A DNA stretch of 64,000 bases from Azolla caroliniana. Lineage: Eukaryota; Plantae; Polypodiophyta. The stretch is from assembly GCA_043228905.1 (NCBI GenBank), contig JBHGNT010000003.1, positions 19,282,001-19,346,000 on the forward strand, written 5' to 3'. The notes under the pieces were generated by a model, which saw only the letters and a program-made list of their open reading frames with translations, made no database searches and was not told the origin of the DNA. The stretch's first letter is position 1. Every line of letters begins with the position of its first letter. Position numbers and translations under genes: made by a program. This document shows, piece by piece, positions 25,501-36,636 of the stretch.

Positions 25501-25734
25501 GAACACATAGATAACCTAACTATACAAGTGGGTTACTTACCTTGTAATGGTAGAGTTCGAAGGTTAATGTAAGATAGTCTTCTTGAGCATACATCTCTCT
25601 CTCTCTCTCTCTCACGCTTTGTGCAACTATTTGCTCAAATCTTCTTGATTCTTATCACAGTGCACATCTTCTTCACTATGTGTGTTGTTTGCTAGACTCA
25701 CTGACAGGTCCTTAATCTCGCTTCCGCACCAACG
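22547..25734 (+). mobile_element. 3' part of a second Ty1/copia: integrase C-terminus, RT, RNase H, PPT and 3' LTR (25456-25734)
   Basis: TPMQNGMAERINWTI, KCIFLGYG, EPSSYKEA..QNQTWDLV, YASVVGSLMY, SWRSKLQ..TEAEYIA, HVKTKHI. PPT GGGGGAG, then LTR TGTTGGG...GCTTCCGCACCAACG. Confidence 0.88.
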
Positions 25735-26253
25735 ACTACCACATATTGAAACGACGTTGTCATGTTAAATATTTGTCTTGGCATTTTGAATGTTACTAAT
25801 GTTGCATTTAGATTAAAAAATGTTATAGTTGGCCCGTTTGACGTTCCACAAATGTACAATGTATATCGCTCATTGGTGCATCAAATGCATGAGTGGATAC
25901 TTTCTCTACCTTGAAACCAACTTTCATAACATTTATGAATTATCAACCTTTTTAATAGAAATATTTTGCAATATGGCATACATGCAAGAAAAGTATTGTC
26001 ATTTGCATAGACTAAAGTAGCCTAGGCCTAAGTAATCTCTTCTATCATCAACAAACTAGACATGCCCTTCACATGTAATAATAATATGAGTTCTCACACA
26101 AAGCTTAATGTTGATTGGTTAAACATGCATGGTAACTACCATTCATTTGTAGGTTACATATTTATTGATGTGGTTAGCTATCACATAGTTGGGTTTAATG
26201 AACTACCGTTTGATTTTATACCTTGAAACCCATGTTTAAATGCAAAGTATCAA

Positions 26254-26625
26254 TAACAATCAGCAACGGTTCGGTTCGGTTTGAGAGGGTCCAAACCGAA
26301 CCAGTTTGAAACCGAACCGTTTAGAGATGTTGAAACCTAAACCAAACCAAACCACGAAACCGTTAAACCGAACCATTAAAAAAAATTGAAACCGTTAAGC
26401 CATAAAAATAGTAAACCTGTGGTTTCGTGGTTCGGTTTCAATTTTCAGCTTAGGTCAAATTTTAAATTTAAAAATTTAAAAATTTTCCCAAAATGAGAGA
26501 ATAAGGCATGAAAATGAAAAGATTATTTTAAAACTTTTTTTTTTAATTTAAAAATAATAATAAATCGTGGTTTTTAACTGTTAAAACCGAACTGAACCGC
26601 AGTTCCGAACCGTTGTCGATTGTTA
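26254..26625. mobile_element. hAT-type MITE (372 bp)
   Basis: TIRs TAACAATCAGCAACGGTTCGG / CCGAACCGTTGTCGATTGTTA, perfect 8-bp TSD AGTATCAA (26246-26253, 26626-26633), and subterminal AACCG arrays. Confidence 0.9.
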
Positions 26626-28824
26626 AGTATCAACATGTTTTTGTCAAATACATATATATTGTTCCTTTGTAGGACGAGTCTAGTATGTATTGCATTGCCC
26701 TTTTTGACATTGACATTGTACGAAAATTATATTAGTATCTCGGTATCATGGTCAAGTTCCCTAAAAAACTAAATATGTAATCATGTATATGACTATGATT
26801 GTAAATGGTGTTTGATTATCTTAATTTGACATCGACTTTGATTTAATTAATTTGTACATTTCTCCACATGAAAGTTCCAAACATTCAATAGACTAGTGAT
26901 GATATATTTAATAATGTTTATATATTGGGTAACCACTTTGCATAATATTTTAATGATACTAGTCTATGATCATGCATTTTTTATCAATTATCCTGTCGTT
27001 CCTTGTGAGTGTGCAATATACAAAGCATCATAGAACATGATCACTTCTTGGTTTTCTTTGTATATTGTTAGTTTCAAATTTGCTTGCTCTCTTGCCCCAC
27101 CCATGTCTCCACTTGTACTTAACTGGCTATTTCGTCTTTATCTAATGTATCTCCACCAAAACTTGAAATATTATTGTAATCATAATGTTGTCACATAGCT
27201 ATAAAGCCATGAAACCTCTAGCTGCCACATACACTAACGTCCGTCATAAACATGATATCAATATGTTTCTTAACATTATTAGCATTACATAAAAGAAAAT
27301 ATTATTATTTTCAACCCTTGGTTGGCAGAATGTGAATCCATAGAACCTTGTCATACGCTAATGTTTATGCATATTTAAAAGTTGATTTAATGAGTAAAGT
27401 TATGTTTATTAAAGCAATAATTTGTTTTGATCGGCTATGTGGCGACATCCAAATAAAGTCAATGGTTTCATATTGGTCTTTAGCACATAATGTGTTGCTA
27501 TGTTTCCTTTTAAGGGGTTGGCTCCAAAGATAATGTGCTTAATGTCATGCATTATCCAAAATAATGAAAGGTTTTCTTTGTCAAGTTCATTGAGCCAATT
27601 TCTCAATTGTTAATGTAACAATTCAATTTCTTATCGTAGGTAATTGTGTTGGCTGGAAAGATGCACCAATACAATTCATGGAATAAACAAATAACACATA
27701 GCTATAACCTCCTTACAAAGTGTTTTCACCATGAACCAAGAAAGCATTCCGGCTCTCTACGCGTAATGTAAAAAGCAAATGTTGTTTTAAAAACATTCAT
27801 ATTTCAAATGTAAGAGAATTATAACATTTGTACCTATATATTCACAATGTTGGAATTTAAAATAATTTTTACAATATTATGTCATTCGATCAAGTTCACA
27901 ATCCTCAAAAACAAATTCAAACTAAGCCTCCGCCATATGTTTGCTCAATATATCTACATATATAATTCGATTGGAACAAGATTAGATTTCTTATCTTCAC
28001 GAGTCACATATGTGGTTTTGAGTGGATCTAACAATTCCACGGACATTTGAAATACAAATCCTTTTCCTTGGGTCTTTTTTGTCATTTAGCGAATTTGAAT
28101 ATATGTCTTGTAGTGGTTTCAAAAAGTGGAACATTTCATGGCAAGTCACAATTGCATTGTGGATCTCATTTGACTACGGCTTTCCACACATATAGCGTCC
28201 TAGGCCCCGACTAGTGGGCTATTTCTTATTACATAAACAAATGTTTTAAATGTGCTCATGAACTTAAATATCCTTGCTCTTCCTCAAAATATCTATGTGC
28301 TTAGGGAAACAAATGATAACTTTATCCTACGAAAAAGAGTACGTGTCTCTTTTATTCCTTTGTTTGACCAAGTAGTAATATGAAAGTGAGATGATGAAGA
28401 AGTTAAAGAATAGCTAATGGTGATGAAGCACGTCAAGTTTTGACAGAGGATAAACTTGTGTCGTGTTGTTTTTTGCCTTGTCCACCATGTTGTGAGGGAG
28501 GAACCCGTGGTACCAAATTCAAATCCTAAAAACAATACAGTACAAAACCTTGTCTAGGAAGGGGTTAAAAGACATTAACATAGTGTTATCATGTTGATCG
28601 ATGTGTGTGAAGTTGTCGTTCAACCATCAACAACATTATAATTTCAATGGCTACATCATCATATGTATATAGATAATCGTTTAACCTTGTTAGGTCTTTT
28701 AGATATAATACACGAACATTATTGATATAGCCTCTCACAAAAGGAGTAGGGTATGCAAATGCATATTGAATTATTACTACTTGACATAACATACATCACA
28801 CATGGACATGAATTCTCTCATTTA

Positions 28825-29496
28825 GTAACTTTTCAAACACCTTATGTTATTTAATTCTTAAGCAATGTAACAAAAGAAGCTCATTTACTCCTACATCCTA
28901 ACAAATTAGTATGTAATGAAGGATCAACCACCCTACAGTGTGATTTTTTTCATACTCAACAAAGTGTATATTACACTATATTATGTTTGAACCTTGTATT
29001 GAGCTAACCACATTTTATATCTGAATTTTCTTTTGCTATACCCACTACAACCTTAATTCAAAAAACAATAATTGCATGTTGGTTTAGCTATTAACGGAAT
29101 ATAGACACAAGTGCACATGTTTTCTTGGGCCTATATTATTTGTCTGGTTGTGAAGGTGGTAACTTTTCAAACACCTTATGTTATTTAATTCTTAAGCAAT
29201 GTAACAAAAGAAGCTCATTTACTCCTACATCCTAACAAATTAGTATGTAATGAAGGATCAACCACCCTACAATGTGATTTTTTTCATACTCAACAAAGTG
29301 TATATTACACTATATTATGTTTGAACCTTGTATTGAGCTAACCACATTTTATATCTGAATTTTCTTTTGCTATACCCACTACAACCTTAATTCAAAAAAC
29401 AATAATTGCATGTTGGTTTAGCTATTAACGGAATATAGACACAAGTGCACATGTTTTCTTGGGCCTATATTATTTGTCTGGTTGTGAAGGTGGTAA
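28825..29496. repeat. 2 x 334-bp near-perfect tandem duplication
   Basis: GTAACTTTTCAAACACC... at 28825 and 29159; one substitution seen; GTAA microhomology at the junction. Confidence 0.92.
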
Positions 29497-30623
29497 GGGA
29501 GGGGGAGGGAGCATGTGAGCATGTGAGCAAATAAGAGTCAAAGTCCAAGAATGTGTTCTACATACTTGTCATGCTTGATGTTTATCCGAGTATTGTGTCT
29601 ATAAAAATAGTTCAAAATTATTGTTTGCTTTTGATGCTTCTCATTGAATTGGATGTAAAACATAGAATAAAGTTTCATTTCATGAGGCAAATGATGTAGT
29701 AATCCTCACTTCAATTACATTTGAATTAAATAAAGATTCTCAATGACACAATATGTCTATGGACTTGAACCCTCAATTTTTTTGCGAGGTTTGCAAAATC
29801 AAAGTCATTGATTCACATAGGTTTTTTCACTTGAAAGGTTTATATATCCTAAAGTATTCCTCGCAAAATCAGAGCCATTGATTCACATAGGTTCTTTCAT
29901 CTTGTAAGGTTTATATATCCTAAAGTAATCCTCATTCTTTACAATAGATGAGCATTTTATTATGGCTTTTCTTTATCCTCATGTCCATGAGAAAATGGCT
30001 TTAATGATTGCTTAACCCAATGATGCCTAGAGCATGACACACCTGAAATGACTCACATATTGGTTACGCTCTCACAACATGCTTACAAAAGTTGGTTCAA
30101 TCTTAAACGTGATTTAATATATGCATTGCTAATATACGGTTATACAAATCCATTTGCTTTGTGTGAGTAGTTATGGATGTTTTATATTCCATATTGCAAT
30201 AATACATCGTATTTTGCTTTTACTTGTATAATCTTTGTGACCCTCACATTTAGTACCCTTATGGTGGAATATTTTCAAGGAAGAATCTTTAATGTCTTAT
30301 GGAAATGAGTAGCAAGCCATCACTTTGAAACTTTAAGCGCCCCTGTTCAAGCACCTCATATAGCTTCATATGTTTAATGTGCTTTATATATTTTTAGTTT
30401 TATTTTTCCAAAAAGTTTTTGTGATTGCATAAGGATTCGTGCGTACTACTTAATTTGCTTTATATTGTGGGATAAAGGATTTCCACTTACAAGAGATATA
30501 ATTCATGATGTCTACATGATTTGATTATGCTCAACGAGTGTATATTTGCGTACACTAGATTGAGCAGGGAAAGAATGATGAGGAATTTAGACATTAGAGG
30601 TGCAAAGAGGTAGGTTTGTGCCA

Positions 30624-30945
30624 TGTGGTATCAAAGTAAATTGTGTGAGGAATCTATCGAATTGTATCGAAACTGATCTTGAACATACATAAATGCTTGG
30701 TGAAGGGAATGCAAAACAAGTAGTATACAATGTACATGACTCGGGTGTACGTACCAATGAAATCTAAAAAAGTTCTCACAAGTTTGTGGTATCAAAGTAA
30801 ATTGTGTGAGGAATCTATCGAATTGTATCGAGACTAATCTTGAACATACATAAATGCTTGATGAAGGGAATGCAAAACAAGTTGTATACAATGTACATGA
30901 CTTGGTTATACGTATCGATGAAATCTAAGAAAGGGTTTTGAGAAA
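30624..30945. repeat. 2 x ~161-bp tandem duplication
   Basis: TGTGGTATCAAAGTAAATTGTGTGAGG at 30624 and 30785. Confidence 0.85.
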
Positions 30946-31337
30946 AAGTTCTCAATAGTACAAGAAGATCATGAGAGGAGAGGGTAACGGGAGGAACATG
31001 ATCCAAGCCACATACATCCTTGCACTGCGTGGTGCGAGGGTATCTGGGCACTTGCAAACGAAAGACGAGCGAAAAAAACGAGCCAGTGTTGGCGTGGAAT
31101 GTGGAAGCTGCCCAACAAGTTTTAGGGTTTAGGGCTTAGGGTTTACACACATTTTCCTAATCCTTAGCAATAAAAAAAGGACAACATTTTGATTTTAGGG
31201 TTTACAATGTGCTAATGTTTTTTGCTTTGATTTGTGTTGATTTGATTAATTTGATTTCGATTGGGGTGGTGATGGGGACAAAAAAATAAATAATAATTGG
31301 ATGACTTTATTTTTATTTTGGTTGTGGATATGGACGA

Positions 31338-31710
31338 GGGGGGGGGGGGGGGGGGGGGGGGGGTGGAGGTCACGATGACGTGGCGGACATATGGTTGACG
31401 TGGCAATAAGTACGTGGATGGGGCAGCCGACGTGGCGGTGGGCCCAGCGATCCGTGCCACGTGTCGGCGGAATGGTTTCACACGGAGACAGAGACAGAAG
31501 GCCGGAGGCCCAAGAAAAAGGCCCCAAAATAAAATAAAAAAAGAAGAGAGAAAAAAAAAAACCCGAAAATACAAATACATAAATAATGAAAACAGTAAAA
31601 GTGGAGTTTTGGTTTCACACTTGACCGTCCGTCCGTCCGCCCGCAGAGAACCAAACCCCTGTTTTCTTCTTCTTCTTCTTCTTCTTCTTCATTTTTCGCT
31701 ATAAAAATAA
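31338..31710 (+). promoter_or_regulatory. Probable promoter of the Ser-rich gene: G26 tract, five ABRE/G-box motifs, site II elements and TATA
   Basis: G-run 31338-31363; GACGTGGC at 31377, 31397 and 31429; TACGTGG at 31411; GCCACGTGTC at 31456; GGCCCA at 31441 and 31508; CTATAAAA ~31699, followed by a CT-rich leader. Confidence 0.6.
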
Positions 31711-32177
31711 ACAGGCCCCCGTTTTTGCTCCTCCCCCCTCCCATCGCCCTTCAATTCGTTTTTGGATCCTTCTCCTTCTTTTCTCACTCGCAAAATCCAT
31801 CAGTCCCTCTTCTTCCTTCTTCTTCTTCTTCATCACAAAGGGTTAGTCTCTCTCGATCTCTCGATCATCCTCTGTGCGTTTCGAAGTAATCCAATCCATT
31901 GTAAATTAAAAGCATTAATTCAATCGTCTGTTTTCTTTCCGCCGTTCTATTCTCCTTTCATTCAAATTCTGTTTTTTGCTGCTTGCCCATTGTTTAAAAA
32001 AAATTCAAGTTTGCTATGGCTTCTGGAGCATTTATTCGCATCTAATAGGGGTGTGTGTGTGTTTGTGTGAATGCATATGCATATGTATATCATCAATCGT
32101 TCAGAGATAGTGCCCACATCTAGATTTTGGTTACTCCTTGGCAGATTTAGATATATGTATATGTATATGTATATATG

Positions 32178-32226
<49 letters not shown>

Positions 32227-33253
32227 ATTGCCAATTGATTGGCCATTCATTTTGTGAGAGAGAGAGAGAGAGAGCAGTTGTGGATGGCATCACACTATAG
32301 GATGTTAAAACCACATCCAGGGTTTTGTGGCCTATGTAGCTAGGAGCCATTGGTCTTTCACAAAGGAGAGCATGTTTGGATCATCGATGGCACGAGGACA
32401 AGCCATGTAAAGGGTGGTCTAGGTTGGGGCGTGGGGAATTGGGATTTCATCGATTGTGCAAATCGAATCGAGATGAGATGAGACGAGACTCTGGGGCCAA
32501 CATTTGTAGATAAGAAGCCTTTTTGCTTGTTCATTCAAGAGGAGGGCAAGATATATAGAGAGACGGAATAGTGACCCCAATCCCATGGGCGATTTGTCTC
32601 ATGCATAGATTCTCTTCAAAGTGACTATTTGTATCATCTCCTAGGCATGAAAATTCTCTATGGTCCTAAGCAACTACACCTAGTCTTGAAACTTGTATTC
32701 TAGCAGGTAGCAACATTCTACTACTCTTGAAAAGCCTTGAATTGTGTATATTTGCTTAAAGCAACTTGTTTTTAAGTTTGTGGAGCACAGACAGATATAT
32801 GTATATGTATGTATAGTAACATTCTACTACTCTTGAAAAGCCTTGAATTGTGTATATTTGCTTAAAGCAACTTGTTTTTAAGTTTGTGGAGCACAGACAG
32901 ATATAATATGTATATGTATGTATCTTGCCTCTCTTCTGAATCTTGCAAATAGATAGAAACTAACAGATATGTGTATGTATATTCCCTTCTTCTTCTTGCA
33001 AATAGATCAACTAACAGATATGTATATATGTATGTTGCCTTCTTCTTGCAAATTGATAAAAACTAACAGATATGTATATTATATGTATGTTGGCCTTCTT
33101 CTTCTTCTTGCAAATTGATAAAAACCAACAGATATGTATATTATATGTATGTTGGCCTTCTTCTTCTTCTTGCAAATTGATAAAAACCAACAGTTATGTA
33201 TATTATATGTATGTTGGCCTTATTCTTCTTCTTGCAAACAGATAAACATAGTG

Positions 33254-33535
33254 ATGGATACTTCGTCGGTGGTGTCATCGTCATCATCAACAAGTTCTTC
33301 GAGCGGAGGAGGTAGCAAATGGGGGGGTGCATCATCATCATCATCATCACCTCGGCCAACCACACCGACCACTCCGAAGCCGCAGTGCGTGTGTGCGCCC
33401 ACTACGCATTCGGGATCCTTCCGCTGCCGCTTCCATCGCTCTTCCTCCTCTAAGAAGTGGGAGAATTTGACCATGGAGAGTGGGACATCCCCATCTCCCA
33501 GCAGGGTAGTTGTCGTCACGGCTTCTGATTCTTAA
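33254..33535 (+). CDS. Small serine-rich protein (93 aa) of the plant CxCxPTTHxGSFRCxxH family
   Basis: MDTSS...KPQCVCAPTTHSGSFRCRFHR... It has a single coding exon, preceded by a CAG acceptor at ~33241 (inferred 5' UTR intron). Confidence 0.85.
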   Translation: MDTSSVVSSSSSTSSSSGGGSKWGGASSSSSSPRPTTPTTPKPQCVCAPTTHSGSFRCRFHRSSSSKKWENLTMESGTSPSPSRVVVVTASDS

Positions 33536-34019
33536 AAAAGACATTGATGAAACAAATTTTAATTTTTCTTTTGGCAGCTTTTTCCTTCTTCCAGAGTGGT
33601 TTCCTGCTTCTTCCATGTAAATAATACCTTGTAAAGATCAAATGTGACTACTGACAATTCTTCTTCTTCTTCTAAGTGGTCATACTACTCCCATGTAAAT
33701 ACCATTGTAAAAGAAAATCCCAGCTCCCATATTGTGTGGATTTTATTTTATTTTCCTTGATTTGTATAACTCCCTTGCAATCACAAGATCAATTTCAATT
33801 TGATTGGTATTGCTTATATAATATATACTCTTTTTCCTTTTTCTCTTGGCATTGTTTATTTGTCTTCTTTTGTACTAATGAAATTCTGTTATAAATGGAT
33901 AGGTGGAAGTAGAAAGTTCTTTAAGAGCAATCCTAAATCTAAATCCACTAGTCTTGAGTATACATTAGCTTCTGTTGCCGAATACCCGAGGATACAAATG
34001 GCCTGTATGCTTTAGTCAA

Positions 34020-34880
34020 AGGTATGATTTATAGTATACATTAGTTTAGGTTGTCAGATATGCTGTATGGTCGGGTCAGTCAAAATATACATGCTTACAA
34101 AGAGTTAAAAGTACATTACCTTACCTGGCCAGATAATCCATTACCTTCATCAGCGACTTAATTACACCAATGCATGCTTAAAAAGAGTTTAACTACATTA
34201 GCTTACCTGACCAGATAATCCATTACCTTAATCAGCAGATTAATTACACCAATGGAACATCTATTTGTAGCCCTACATAATCATTGTCAAGATGCAAACA
34301 TGATTTGGGGTAATTTAAGCTTCGACATGCTTTAGTCTATATATATTTTGAGGTATACATTGGCTTAGGTAGTTGGGTACGTTGTATGGTTCGGTCCGTT
34401 GAAATGTACATGCTTGAAAAGAGTACATTATCTTACCTAGCTGGATAATCCATTACCTTAATAATCAGCAGATTAATTATACCAATGAAACTGATGGAAC
34501 CATCTATATGTAGCCCTATATAATCATTTCAAGAAGCAACATAATTTGGGGTAAGTTCCCAATTTCTAATTAAAGAACAATTAGTAATTTGCATGAGGAA
34601 CTGTTAATCAGCGGATTAATTAAACCAATGAAACTGATGGAACTATCCATTTGTAGCCCCCTACATAATCATTTTCAAGAAGCTTTGGAGTAAGTTCCCT
34701 ATTTCTAATTAGAGAACAATTAGTAATTTGCATGTGGAACTGTTAATCAGCGGATTAATTAAACCTATGGAACTGATGGAACCATCCATTTGTAGCCCCT
34801 ACATAATCATTTTCAAGAAGCGACATAATTTGGGGTAAATGCCCAATTTCTAATTAGAGAAGAGTTAGTAATTTGCATGT
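34020..34880. repeat. Complex degenerate tandem repeat (~120-140-bp units)
   Basis: Recurring TAATCAGCRGATTAATTA...ATTTGTAGCCCTACATAATCATT at ~34230, 34462, 34604 and 34744. Confidence 0.8.
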
Positions 34881-36210
34881 GGTTCCAAAAGGCTTGATGC
34901 TCACCCATTCCTTACTTTTTATGTATTTAGCAACATATATAAGCACAGTCAAAGAAACTTCCCCAAATGAAAAAAAAATACTATGGCTTTCAAAGATTCC
35001 GCAGCAAGCTTGGCTACATCTTCTCTTGTTTTATCCAGTCACTGACTGTTTTTGGGACCTCTTTTCCATAAAATATTGTCCACATGTTTTGTATATTAAT
35101 GGAGAAAGATATCCACTTGTGCATTTGGGCCTTAAATTTGTACTCTAATGGAACACTGTAGCAAAATAACAATTATTGGTGCTTATGATCCGTTAATAGA
35201 TTGCCACGAAACGTTGAATTTGGCCATTTTTATCTTGCACTAACTTCTTGATGATGATTGTTCAAATCATTCAGAACCATAAATAATATGGCTGAGTATA
35301 TTGATCCCATAGGACTCGAATCTACTTCACCGATTTTGAACGAAAACATGGGATTGAGTACTCTCCTAGGTTTTTAGTGAACGTGATTTCATATTTCTGA
35401 GAATAGGCTTAGGATATTCAAGATAATGACTCAAAATCAAAACAAAAGTGAGAATCACAATAGACTTGGAATCAGTTGCACGAACTATTGTGTGCCATGT
35501 ATGCAAAAAGTTCTAGACCATGCATTCATGCACAAGTTGTATATTAGGCATAAAGAAGTGTATATACTTTAGTTGCTCGAGTGAATTTGTCTAAAGGTCT
35601 TTGTCGACCATACCTGCGAAGAATGGCAAGGAAAAGTACTTCCTACGAAACATATTTATTAGTATCGCCTTACCATCAATCCCTAGTCGGTTATTATTTA
35701 TCATTGAGACTAGGATGATAGATGATCATCTTCAGGCCCTCAACTTTCAGTCTTGATCAGTGAAAAAAAATCGTCCTAGAGCTTCGCAACAAATTGTCTT
35801 TCATGAACCCACCAATCCATAATATATATTTGTGATGGATCTAAAATTTTCCTTCTTGTTTATGCCTTTGATTGTACAAAACTATAGCCCATTTGTTTGT
35901 TTGATCGATTTTGTTATCCAACAAAAACTTATTAAAAGGGTGGAAAGATTTTGTCTGAGCTATTATTTGTTTTGGGATATGTACATAATCATAGTGGTTC
36001 AGAAGAGCTTTGGTCTTGGTCCTTGCAAAAAGTCATGGGTTGTTTTGTCTGTCATGGTAATTATTATTAAAAGCAAGCGGGTCCACTATGATACAATAGG
36101 ATCGAAATCTTTCTTCAAGCAAGGCAATGCCAATATCAATTTCTTGTCATTGAAACCTTTCAACACACAGACAATTCCTAGATAACATATGTTTGGCCTT
36201 GCATCAGTCA

Positions 36211-36313
36211 TATAAATCTTGTAAACCTTCAATTATATTTGATTGTATAAATCTTGTAAACCTTCAATTATATTTGATTGTATAAATCTTGTAAATCTTC
36301 AATTATATTTGAT
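36211..36313. repeat. 3 x 35-bp minisatellite
   Basis: TATAAATCTTGTAAACCTTCAATTATATTTGATTG at 36211, 36246 and 36281. Confidence 0.9.
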
Positions 36314-36636
36314 AAACAGTAGTAGGCACCAATGATATTTTATGGTAGTCGTACCTCAAGAGCATTTGTAGGGGGATGGAAAAGGATTCTGATTCTGAGT
36401 TTAGATAATGAAAAACAATTCTGAAGATAAACGGCAAAGAGAGAAAGATTGAACTGCAAAAAAACTTTTAACAATTATTTTTAATAGATAAAGAAGATGA
36501 ATGTCTATCATCAGGTAATGTTAAAATGATAATCCAATCAGAAGGTCTAGTAAAGAAAAGAAAAACCCATTGATTAAACAAGAAGGGTCATGTATAGATG
36601 TATATATATGTTTATTATATATCACAATCTCTGTCA

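Noticed and set aside
25740-28800. Possible decayed gene or transposase
   Set aside because: Only short interrupted frames; no recognisable motif in the frames read.
32925-33253. CRISPR-like repeat array
   Set aside because: Whole units are repeated with no unique spacers, the context is eukaryotic, and there are no cas genes.
34115-34135. U1 snRNA 5'-end-like CTTACCTGG
   Set aside because: No downstream U1 stem-loops or Sm site; it is part of a local repeat.
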